DNA from: Vitrella brassicaformis CCMP3155
Taxonomy: Eukaryota; Protista; Chromerida
Assembly (NCBI GenBank): GCA_001179505.1
Contig: CDMY01000479.1
Location: forward strand, 1 to 64,000
DNA: 64,000 nt
Reading direction: 5' to 3'
The translations under genes were made by a program, and so were the position numbers. The notes below the pieces were generated by a model. It was given only the letters and a program-made list of their open reading frames with translations. It was not told the DNA's origin and searched no databases. This document shows positions 1 to 11,119 of the stretch, piece after piece. The first letter of the stretch is position 1. Every line of letters starts with the position of its first letter.

Positions 1-336
1 CTTTCAGCAGTTGCAGACTTCCTCCTAGCTGCACACAAGGAGCGGGCTCGCTGGCTTGCACTCAATCCATCTCTCCCACCCAGTCAGTTTGATGGTGAGT
101 ATGACTTCATATATGAGTTGCATGAGATGGAGCAGTGGGTGCTTGACGCTGACTTGTCAGACTAGCACCCACTGCTCCATGGGAAGGGCAGATAGGCCTT
201 GTGCATGCATTCTGCATGTGCCTGTTGCCTGTTTGGTGTGTGCTGTGGACAGAGAAGATGCCTGGTTGCGCCGGAAGGTAGCGCCGGGCTTAGGGACAGG
301 TGTCTCGTCAAACCCTTAACCAACCAACCAACCAGG

Positions 337-1470
337 ATGAGATCTGCATCATCAGGTCGGAGAAGCGTCGCAGCTCCGCTAATAAGATGGTGGACATCAT
401 CGCAGGCAGCCATCATCCAGCAGCCTACCCTCCATCTCGTTGCCAGATCACAGCCTCCATCGACACACCCAGGCCCGTCACATGGCCACACCGAGGCGCC
501 CAGGAGCGGACCTTCCAACGCTCCCATTGCAGCAGCACTCATGGCCGCCGCTGGGTTTGCGTGGTGGAGTGGCGATGAGGGCAGGCGGAGGGGCGCGGCG
601 CAGTGTGCTGCCCGGAGGGGCGAGGAGGATGTTGATATCGGTGCGGACAATGAGTATGAGGATGGGGAGCTCTATGAGGTGAAGGTCAAGAGCGGTGAGT
701 GAGTGAGTGGCTCTACAGTGTGCCTGTGCATCAATCTGACTGACGATGTCTGTGTTGGGTTTGGTGGTGTTGTGCAGACAAGAAGGTGCTGGTGACTCGC
801 ATCAAGGGGCAGCTCTTCGCTGTGGGGGCCTTGTGTTCACACTATAACGCGCCACTCAAGAAAGGCAAGCACCATGGGAGCGAGGGAGGGAGGGAGCGGT
901 TTGCCCTCTTGATGCTCTCCATCTCTCCATCTCTCTGTCTTCTCATGCAGGCGTGCTTGGCGTCGACCACATAACCTGCGCCTGGCACGACGCAGAGTTC
1001 GATCTCAAGACCGGCAAATGCGTCAACGGTCAGTCCGAGAGAGAGGGCCACACGGCAAGGCAACCATGTTCGTCTCATCAGCTGGCCTGACGCACTGATG
1101 GTTTGCAGGTCCTGGTCTTAAGGCCATTCCGACCTACCCCATCCGCGTCAACAGAGGCCGGGTGCTCGTCACCCTCCCCAGCGACATGCAGGTGACTGAC
1201 CACTAAACGACACACACACCCAGCAGCAGACGGTAATGTGTGTGCGTGTGTGGTTTGGTGTGTGGTGTGTTCAGGACCACGTCGAGCCGACCCTTGCCAA
1301 GCGCGACCCCAAGGACAAGCGCGTGTATGCCATTGTGGGTGCGGGGGCGGCCGGGATGGCTGCCGCAGAAACGCTCAGACAGGAGGGCTTCACGGTCAGT
1401 CAGCTCACAGCCATAGAACGAAGAGAAGAATATGCCATCAGTGTGCCTGCAGCCGAAAGTGGATGTGCGT

Positions 1471-1508
<38 letters not shown>

Positions 1509-2213
1509 GGGTCGGATACTGATGTTTGGTCGCGAGGACCACCCGCCGTACGACCGCGCTGTCCTGTCTAAGAACCTCCACGCAGACGTCAAGAAGATCG
1601 TCTTGAGGGACCATGACTTCATGAAGGTCACACAGACGCCACGCCACCCATGTCCCCCACCCCACAGAGAGGGGTGTGTGTGTGTGTGTGTGGGCAGTCG
1701 GCGCACATCGAGTACTTGAACAACTCCATTGTGACCCATGTCGACGCCAAGGCCAAGAGGATACAGCTCGACGACGGCGACACATACAGCTACGACAAGG
1801 TAGCCATGCCACGCGATCAGCCGAGAAGGAGATACACAGAGATACACACACACGTCTTCTGACCTTTGCAGGTGCTGATCGCCACTGGTGCCGAGCCGCG
1901 GAAGCTATTCGTGCCGGGCCACGACTGCCAGAATGTCTTTGGGCTGAGGCGGCCGGAGGACGCCAGGCAGATCGCCAACTTTGCGAAGAGGGGCATGCGA
2001 GTGGTACGAGTATCCCACACACCGGCCAACATCCCACACGCCATCCATCCATCCATCCATCGACTTACAGGTGATCGTGGGCTCCTCCTTTATCGGCATG
2101 GAGATCGCCGCCACGCTGGCGCGCAAGGGGTGCTCCGTGTCTGTCGTTGGCATGGTCAGCGAGAGCCTGTCTGTTCTTGTGCACCCGGCATGGTTGTGAG
2201 TCTTTCTGTGTGT

Positions 2214-2244
<31 letters not shown>

Positions 2245-3487
2245 CAGGAAACGGTGCCGTTTGAGCGTGTTTTGGGTCTGAAGGTTGGCGCGATGTTCAA
2301 GAAGCTGCTGGAGGAGCAGGGCGTGGAGTTCTGGGGCAACGCCATCGTCAAGCGGTTCAGGGGCAGACACAAAGCAGAATGGTCAGACACACACAGCGCC
2401 ACACACACACAGAGAGAGAGAGAGAGATGGTTCATGTGTGTGTGTGTTTGATAGGACGCGTGGCGAGGACATGAAGGGCACACCAGTCGAGGGTGTGGAG
2501 CTCACCAATGGGGAGGTCCTCGCGTGTGACGCCGTGGTCGTCGGGGCGGGCGTCATTCCCAACGCCACACTGGTCCCCCCCCCCCAACCAACCAACACCC
2601 ACCCACACAAGATGGTGTGTGTCTGTGTGTTCTGTCTGTCTGTGTGCAGGTGGAGGGCGTGAGCATGGCCAAGGACGGCTCCATCCTGGTGGACGCCCTC
2701 CTGCAGTCACGGGATGAGCCTTCCCTCTTCGCTGCGGGCGATGTGGCCACCTTCCCCTACTACAAGACCGGCCTTGACACCAGAATAGAGCACTGGGATG
2801 TGGCGCTGCAGCAGGGCAGGACGGCCGCAAAGAACATGATGGACAAGGTGAGAGGGAGAGGGAGGAGAGCGGAGAGGAGGGAGGGGAAAGGTGTGTGTGT
2901 GTCGTGTGCGTGGCAGCATCAGCCCTTCTCGACTGTGCCCTTCTTCTGGACCATGATCTTCGGCAAGTCTATCAGGTGGGTACCACAGTGAGGTGTGAGC
3001 ATATGTGTGTGTGTGTGTGTGTATGTGTGTCCTTCGCACACTCGAGATCCGAACTCTCTCCTCGTTTCTCATTATTTCTCAGGTACGCGGGCCACGTCAA
3101 GGAGTTCGACGAGCTCGTGGTGGAGGGCGACCTCTCCAAGTACCAGTTCGTCGCCTACTACATCAAAGACGACAAGGCAACCACACCAAACCCTACACAC
3201 ACACCACAGGCATCCGTTTCTTGCCTCCTGTGTGTGGCGGGCAGATCGAGGCGGTGGCGACCTGTGGCCGAGACCCCGCAGCTGTGGGGATCGCCGAGGC
3301 CATGCGGCTGAACATCATGCCGACGGGCTCGGAGGTCGCTCTGGGCTTCTGCAATGCCGAGATGATACTTGCCCGACTCAAGGTGAGTAGGCCGCGGACA
3401 GGCGCAGGAAGCTGGTAGAAACGTGTGTGTGTGTGTGTGTGTGTGTAGGAGTACCACAAGAAGCCTGTCAAGACGAGAAAGAGGTGA
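337..3487 (+). CDS. AIF-like (AIFM3-type) Rieske [2Fe-2S] + FAD/NAD(P)H oxidoreductase, multi-exon, probable mitochondrial leader
   Basis: Spliced exons give Rieske ligands CSHY and CAWH (LCSHYNAPLKKG|VLGVDHITCAWHDAEFDLKTG), FAD motif IVGAGAAG, NADH motif IVGSSFIGMEIA, LFAAGDVA, RIEHWDVALQQG and VPFFWT. Arg/Ser-rich N-terminus from ATG 337 is followed by hydrophobic APIAAALMAAAGFAWW. Last exon EYHKKPVKTRKR* ends at 3487. Confidence 0.87.
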
Positions 3488-4150
3488 TCTCCATCAGCAT
3501 GGGAGTCACTGTGTGTGTGTGTGAGTGAGCGGTGCGAGAGATGTGAGTGACTTTTCAAGTGCAAGTGTGTGTGGCAAGGAAGACTAGCGCTATGCGTGTC
3601 AGTCAGTCGATCAGTCAGCAGTATTTGTGTAGGCAGTTCATGTGTGTGGTAGGCCGAACGGTCACAAGTGTGTGTGTGTGTGTGTGTGTCTGGCTGTCGT
3701 CCTTGACGTCTGGGGGCCCATCATGCAGCAGCCGACTGTGTCTTCGCACAGCTGAGTTGGTTTCTCGTGATGGGCTATCTGACGCAAGGGAGATACCGCA
3801 AACACGTGACCTGCACAGACAGAGAGTAACTGGAAAGACACCCAATCGCAGGATGATTCATGGGCAATTCGAACTGTCCTGAAAACATCTGAAGCGTTGA
3901 CAGTCACTCACAAATGTCACTCGTCATTCTCACCGTCCACCAACACGCGCACACACACGCACCCGAAAGAAAATCACAGCACATCACGCTGTCCCATTCA
4001 GAAAGGCTCCACTCACAATCGGGAGAGGCCACCAGTGGGACAAAATCGCATACCACCACGCACCACCTTCTCTGCATCGAGATGCTTCATTCTCCGCAGA
4101 CCACACACACACAACCAAACAAACGGACCACGGCATCAGCCGATCCTCAC

Positions 4151-4729
4151 TCACTCAGCCATAGACGCGAATAGTGGCCTGAGCGTGCCGGCCGACTTCA
4201 TCTCTTCGACGTCAGACGAGCCGCCGATGCACTTGCCGTCAGCAAAGATGCGCGGGACGGTGCGGGCGCCGGTGATCTCCTGCAGATAGTCCTGGATGGT
4301 GTCTGTCGCTGGATCCTCATTGTCAAGGTACACGATCTGCACACACACACACACACCCACACACCCAAGGAGGCTCTTCCTCTACATTGCCCATGTGCAG
4401 TGAGAGCAGCCGACCTTGAAGCTTTTGACCTTTTTGGCCCCGTTCATGGCCATCAGGTTGATGGCGCTCTGGCAGTAGGGGCACTCCGGCTTGGCGAAAA
4501 CCATCACGCGATGCTCAGAGACCAGGCCGTCCACGTAGGCCTTGGCGTCCGCCATCGTCACCGACTGCCGCGCCCTCCTTTGCGTGTGCTTCGCCACGTG
4601 AGAGTGAGATCTCCGCAATGATGCGGAGCCCATGCCATCTGCAGATCTGTTGCCGGACGGGAGGGTGAAGGCCGCGGCGAGGCTCGCGAGGCCGATAAAG
4701 GCTGCAACCAAGGTCAGGAGGCTCCTCAT
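4151..4729 (-). CDS. Class I glutaredoxin (CPYC) with bipartite signal + plastid transit peptide; 2 exons (4729-4415, 4336-4151)
   Basis: VMVFAKPECPYCQSA active site, TVPRIF and CIGGSSD glutathione-binding motifs. N-terminus MRSLLTLVAAFIGLASLAAA|FTLPSG then a Ser/Arg-rich segment before MADAK. GT-AG intron 4337-4414 is phase 0. Confidence 0.92.
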
Positions 4730-4801
4730 TGTGACCAAAACTGCGAACTTCGCCGACTGTGAGCTCAGCTGCGAGCTTTCCGTCCATTTTAGCGAACGGA
4801 A
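4730..4801. promoter_or_regulatory. Very short head-to-head intergenic region (putative bidirectional promoter) between glutaredoxin and twinfilin-like genes
   Basis: ATG at 4729 (-) and ATG at 4802 (+) are separated by 72 bp. Confidence 0.5.
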
Positions 4802-7004
4802 ATGGCGCTGAAACTGAGTGTGTAGGTTGGCGTGATGTATGCGCAGACGTTCGAGTTGAGCGACGCCTTAAAGGCCGCCATCGACCGCTGGAAGGATGCC
4901 AGGTCCGACGCGCACGTGCTCAAAATCGTGTTCAAAGCAGGTGGGCAGCTCCGCACTGAAGAGCAGAGGGCCATAGGCACAGCAGACAGGAAAAACAGCC
5001 CATAAACGACAGACACGCAATGATGTTGTCACATCGAGTGCTGTGTTGGTGTGTTGTATCCTTTCTTCAGAGGTGCTGGTTGAGGCGCCAGCGCCCCAGA
5101 AGGCTGACAGCAGCGTGCCGGCCTCCTCCCTGTCCGGCGTTGAGGCGACCTTCCAGTCCCTCCAGCCGCTAGTGCAGGAGAAGGAGGCCTGCATCCTCCT
5201 GGTCAAACTCGCCACACTCTCTAACACCCCGGAAAGGTCAGACTGACAGCATCAGAGAAGAATGACGGCCACGCGCACGTGGTTTGCAATGTGTGTGTGT
5301 GTGTGTGTGTGTCAGGGTGTTGGTAGCGTGGGTGCCTGAGGGTGTGTCTGCGAAGGAGAAGGTCATGTACGCCACCGGCAGGGCCATTCTCGGCAGGTAC
5401 CTGGGCACAGGCACCGCCACCGGCAAGCAGGCCGTCCTGGAGGAGTTCTTTTGCTCTACCAAGGTGGGTGAGTGACCCTCACCTCTTCCCACACACATAT
5501 GGCACCGACTCGCCATGTGTGTGTTTCTGTCCGTTGGTCTGTCAGTCTGAGTTGTCGTATGAGGGGTACAGGAGTAGCAGAAAGGGCGGCTCGGGCAGGC
5601 CGGCGTCTGCTCAGGAGGCGGCGAGCGCAGATAGCCGTGTTGACAGGAAGGTGCGGCCAGCAAGAAGCGGCGGAGTGTGCTCAGTCGATCCATGCACTTA
5701 TTGGTGTGGTCTGGTTGTGCCCAGGTTGAGAGGAGTGAGGATGCGTCGCGGCCCAAGCACGCGGTGATGCCGTCGATACCCATCACACCGAAGGAGAGCC
5801 TCAAGGTGCTCTTTCTCAGACAGACAGATGGCCCGGGCTGTATCGACACAGGCACAGCTCACTGTGTGTGTCTATCAGGATCACCTGAAGAACTTCAAAA
5901 ACGGTCGCGAGAACTGCCTGCAGATCGTAAGACAGCAGAAACACATACCTAGTGTTGACGGATGGATGGATGGATGGATGTGTGTGGGTGTGCGTGTCTG
6001 CATCAGAGTGTTGACGACAAGTCGTCCACTGTGGACGCCAACCCCTCACCGTACCAAGGAGCAAGTGAGCGTCCCTGCAGGCCTGCACACACACGTGTGA
6101 AGTGTCTGCACACACGTGTGTCTGCCTTCCTCTCCCTGTGTGTGGGTGTCAGGCATCCTGTCGGCCAATCTGGAGTCAAGCAAGGCGCGTTACTATCTGC
6201 TGAGGGGGCGCGATCGAGTCGGTAAGCCGTGCATTCGTTTGCTGCATCCACGTCTGTATGACACCTGGGTGTTCTGTGTGTCCATCAGTGTTGATACTGT
6301 CGTGTCCTGACGGGGCGTCGCCCACACAGAAGCTCTTCTACGCCGCGTGCAAGGCACCCACACACACACGGCGCACTGACAGAGACCGACTCTCGCGTCA
6401 GTGGACTCTCTGTCTTTCCCTTTCTTTCTTTCTTTTTTTCTTCCTTTCTTTCTGTCTTTCTTGTCAGAATCGCATTGTCGACATCGTCCGAGAGGCTGGC
6501 ATACACATTTGGAAATCGGTACGCCTCTCCACGTTATTGGCTTTGCCCGTCTTTCCTGCCATATGTGTGTGTGTGTGTGTGTATCTGCGTGCAGCTTGAC
6601 GTGCGCTCGCCCAACGACCTGAAGGAGGACACTTTGTGGGACGACGGCGGCCCTGCCGCCGGCACCATCGCCGCGGCATCGCTCATCTTCAACAAGCCAT
6701 CGCCACCTGGCACCATCAAATCTGCGGTAAGCAGCTCGCCGCCCTCCCCACCATCACCTTATTGTGCTTTCTTTCCCTTACCCAGGACCCGATGAATCCG
6801 TCCCTGGGCGGGCTGGCAGTGCCATCCAGCGGCGGAGCGGGGGCCGCCAGACACTCGTCACGGATATCGACCATCGCGCAGTCGGGGCTGGGGCGGGCGG
6901 CTGCTGTGTTGGGTGGGCTGGGTGAGGGGGTGCAGTCGACGGCGAAGAGCAAGAAAAATGCGGCTGCCATTGTTGCCGAAGCCAGCGGGGAGATCACATT
7001 CTGA
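4802..7004 (+). CDS. Twinfilin-like actin-binding protein (two ADF-H domains), multi-exon
   Basis: Exons FELSDALKAAIDRWKDARSDAHVLKIVFK, LVAWVPEGVSAKEKVMYATGRAIL (ADF-H 1), ARYYLL..CPDGASPTQKLFYAACK (ADF-H 2) and tail LIFNKPSPPG resembling the twinfilin FxKPxxP tail. Stop at 7004. Confidence 0.68.
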
Positions 7005-8360
7005 CGGAGGGATGGGTGGGTGGGTTGGGTGCGTCGGTGGCTGGGTGGGCTGGCGGGGAGTTGGTTTGTGCATAAGTACGTGTGTGTTGACGATCGTTTC
7101 ATGATGGCCGATGAATGAATGGATGGATGGATGGATGCGTGGTCTAATTCGCTTTGATGGCAGTAAGCCTATCATATTGTCATGTCAGCAGCTAGCCTAG
7201 TTGCGTCATCACACACATGCAAGCACACACCCCGCAGACAGACAGACATATACACACATCGGATTAACATTCACTCGCGCCCTCCGTCACAGAAAGACAG
7301 ACAGACACACGTCGAGTATGTATGTTTGTATGTTGAGAAAGCAATGATCGTCTCACATCTGCTCACTCAGCTCTCAGCATGCGCCGAGGTGTCAATCAAG
7401 TCGTGATCGACACGTCGCTCCAGCACTCAGCATCCACTGGATGGATGGAAGCATGGAATTAAGTCCTAAAGAAAACACTTGCTCGTCTACGTATGTACAC
7501 CCTACTACGTATGGATCGTATGTATGTATGTATGGCTCTCGCCGGTGTATGTCGCCGATTGACGATTGGAAAAACAGCAGAGGAAAACTAGAGCCCGCAC
7601 ACACCCATCCACACACACACGTACGCCACGTACGTAAACGGCCAGACAGACAGGCAGACAGCTGACTGAGGCGAAGGACGATTCAGGCACGCAATTCATT
7701 CATTCATCCACGCAGAGACACGTACACACGGAAAGAAACACTAGAGGCCCTCACCATACCACATCCACAGACACACTCACACGCCGTCCCGTCCAACCAC
7801 ACACCACCACACCTACCGCCGAGTAGGTGCGTGGCGAGGTTAGGTAGTGTAGACAAGAGCAGTGTGTGTGCATTTCGCCCTGGGCCGACCCAAAGGCAAA
7901 CAAAACGCCGACAGAAGGACACTCACCGATGTCACCTCCCCTCCCCCCATGGCTGCCAATGGAACGCACATTCACACACGGACGACATAAAACGGCCAGA
8001 CTGAGGCAAAGCAATGACACGGACAGACAGACAGACAGACAGACGCCCACTCACACGCATACACTTCTTTCTCGCCACTACGACATGAACCCCTCTCCCC
8101 CGCCCTCTCATCAAGACTCCATCCAGCCCTCTATGCCTACTGCCCGCGGCGAAAGAAAGCAACACGATACGTGTGTGGTGTGTACGTGCGGATCAGTCCA
8201 GTGGAGCGATGACGGTGAGGAAAAGACAGCCAGTCAGACGGAGAAAAAAGGGCCTGCACGCACCAGCGACAGAAGCGATTGGCGGCTGGCTGGCTTTCGT
8301 GTCATTGTGGCTGCCTGGGCCTTACCGCAAGGTCGTGTCGTATGTAGAGAGAGGCCGGGC

Positions 8361-9510
8361 CTACTGCCGGACTCTTCGCCTCCTGCCGTCAGGCTTTGCA
8401 GGGGCAGGCTTTGCAGGGGCAGGCTGTGCAGGGGCAGGCTTCACGGGTGCAGGCTTCACGGGTGCAGGCGCCTTAGGTGCAGCCGCAGGACCAGGGGCCA
8501 CTCTGCGTCGTCTATCGTCATCATCATCGTCGTCGTCAGTAGGCGGGCAATCCCCCGAAGAGGGAAGCGAGAGCTTTTGGTCGTCGTAGGTGGTGCAGTC
8601 GCCCTTGAGCTGGTTCTTGCCCTCAACACACCGATCAGCTACGACGTCAGCGAAGCAGAAGTCCTCCGACTCGTACTCGCCTCCATTGCCCATACAGAGC
8701 ACCTGGCCTTTCACGCAGTTGTCCTCTGTCTCGACTTCATCCTCGTTGTTCTCGATCCTAACCCAATTCACGTGGTTGAACCCCCTTCTCCGCCTCGACC
8801 TCGTTGAAGTTTCCCACGAACTCTACGTTGTACACACGTTTCGGAGCTTCTGGGTTGGTAGTACACTCCGCCTTCTCGCCGGTTGGAGTCTTGCAAATGT
8901 CACCAAGGTGGGTGTTGCGTTGCGCGTCGATTTCTTGCTTGTTCTTCTCGACTGTTCAAGACACGCAAGACAAGGGAATGCAGAGGAGAGGTGGATTCTC
9001 TGATGCTCGACTTGCTGACGGTCACTTACATATGGCTACGGGTGAGTCATTGCGCAGCACCGTGATTCTTTCACCGCTGTTGATGCCACCCATTATCTTG
9101 ATGACGCCGTTCTTGTCGTCGCCGCCTAGCGCGCCTAAATCCCCAGGCACACAGTTCTTCGTCAGCTTCAGACCCTTTTCGAAGTCCGTGATGGTCACGC
9201 TTCTTGCGCACACATTGCTGAGGCTAATGTCGGCTTTCCAATTCGTGATTTTAACGTCTCTTCTCACGATTGTTCCCAGAGACCCGTCCTGGTCGATGGG
9301 GAAGGTGCCCCCGTCCAGGATGACATCTTTATCGCAAGGCTCAACAGAATCGCCAGTGGTAGGGTCTTTACAAAGCGCATCAAGAATCGCCTTGGTGCAA
9401 CCGGTGAGCTGACTCGCTTGACAGTCCCCCTGCCCGGCGGCGGGCGCAGCAAAGAGAACGGCGACGCCAACGAAGACAAGAGGGAGGCGGGCGAGGCGGG
9501 ACGAGGCCAT
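8361..9510 (-). CDS. Secreted Cys/Asp-rich protein with Pro-Ala-Lys repeat tail, paralogue A (2 coding exons; apparent +1 frameshift at 8781-8785)
   Basis: Signal peptide MASSRLARLPLVFVGVAVLFAAPAAG. Phase-1 intron 8952-9029. HLGDIC, NWV, NCVKGQVLC and DFC motifs are shared with paralogue B. Tail RRRRVAPGPAAAPKAPAPVKPAPVKPAPAQPAPAKP. Confidence 0.75.
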
Positions 9511-9879
9511 TGCGAAAGCGGCGGCGGCGAGCTAGAGGACAAGAGGGCAATGGAAGGGAAGGCTGACACACACAAGGCAGACTTCTCGAACCAAGGCAGC
9601 CAACCCAACGCGTGTCTGTTTGGCGTTGGAACGGCGCTCAGAATTATAGTCTAAGACGCCGCTTGCAACGCTCGTTAAATCTGACGCGGTGAGGGGTGAG
9701 GTGTGCAGGTGGACAGGATGGTGCGCAATGCTGGCGTGCAGTCGCAGTGCATTTGCGCACGCATCTTTTTTCCAATGCCGCGTCTCACACGATTGACCGA
9801 AAGCGCATTCTATTTGTGTCCTTGGCTGTCTATCCTACTCTCAGCACACACACACCTCCCCGCAGCGGTGACCAAACAA

Positions 9880-10900
9880 AAGAGCTGCTACAACGGTCAG
9901 TCACGGCGACTGACAGAGCCACCGACCATGTCAGTCACACAACACCTACTACGGCTGTATGTCATGTACTTGGCAGCAACAAGGGAGAAGAAATTCGCCT
10001 CTGTCTGCGAATGCGTCGCTTCGGATCAAGCCGGGGTTGTGCATTGCATTGGCTGACCTGTGCTCCTCGCTACTCTTCTTCCCTCTCACACAAAGGCACT
10101 CAATGCTCTCAGGCACATAACATACACGCACACCCCTCTTGTTCGATTGCTCGTAGACAAGTCTCACTGTCTGCCTGCGCCAACAAGAAGGCGTCCGTAG
10201 TCACTCACCAGACAAGAGAGCTCTACGACGGTCAGTCAAGGCGACTGACGAAGCCACCAGCCATCCACATGCCATGCTACACACACACGAAATCTACTAC
10301 GTCTGTGTCTGTATGTTATGTATTCGGCAGCAGGAAGTGAGAGAGACGCTCTCGCCTCTGTGTGTCGTCGATTTGACGACTGGAAAAACTGCCAGGTGCT
10401 TGTTCATAAGGAACACACACACACACACGCAGCGACATGGAGTGAATAAGCGGCAAAGCTACTTTCTTCAAATCAAGCCAGGGATGTATGTACATTCGCT
10501 CATCTTCTCCTCTCTCACACAGGCGCTCAATGCTCTCATCACACACACACGCACACCCCACTCATTCGTCGGCTCGTAGACGAAGTCTCACTGTCTGCCT
10601 GCACAAACAAAAAAAGCGTCTGTAGGCATCATGCAAAGCAGTTGCTACGAAGGTCAGTCACGGCGACTGACAAAGCCAGCAAGCATCCACATGCTACACA
10701 CACACACACACACACACATGAAATCTACTACGTCTGTATGGAATAGGCAGCAGAAAGTGAGAGGCGCTGTCGCCTCTGTGTGTCGTCGATTGACGACTGG
10801 AAAAACTGCCAGACGATGTGGGAAGGCACACACATGAGGACACATGGAATAGGCGGCCAAACTACTTCAAATCAAGCCAGGGATGTGCATAGACTTCTGC
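9880..10900. repeat. Three degenerate tandem units (335 and 422 bp spacing), each containing a perfect 7-bp hairpin GTCAGTC-N5-GACTGAC
   Basis: Hairpins at 9896-9914, 10231-10249 and 10653-10671. Shared blocks (CTACTACGTCTGT, GTCTCACTGTCTGCCTGC, GACGACTGGAAAAACTGCCAG) recur, with a partial related copy at about 7500-7585. Confidence 0.8.
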
Positions 10901-11119
10901 TCTCTCCTGCCTCCCTCCTGCCCTGCCCTCACTGTCGGTGTGTGGTGTGGATCAGTCCAGTGGAGCAATGACGGTGATTGACGAATACACAGTCAGGCAG
11001 ACGGAGAGAAAAGGCCTGCACGCACCAGCAACAGAAGCGAACGGTGGTTTGCTCGCTTTCGTGTCGTTGCGGCTGCCTGAGCCTTACCGCCATGTCGTAT
11101 GTGGTGAGAGAGGGCGGTC

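Noticed and set aside
2350-2453. Apparent non-canonical GG/GC donor in the AIF-like gene
   Set aside because: A canonical GT donor (AAGCG|GTTCAG, phase 2) restores the frame.
9880-10900. Possible CRISPR-like array (palindromic repeat with spacers)
   Set aside because: Spacers are 300-400 bp and homologous to each other, the context is eukaryotic and there are no cas genes.
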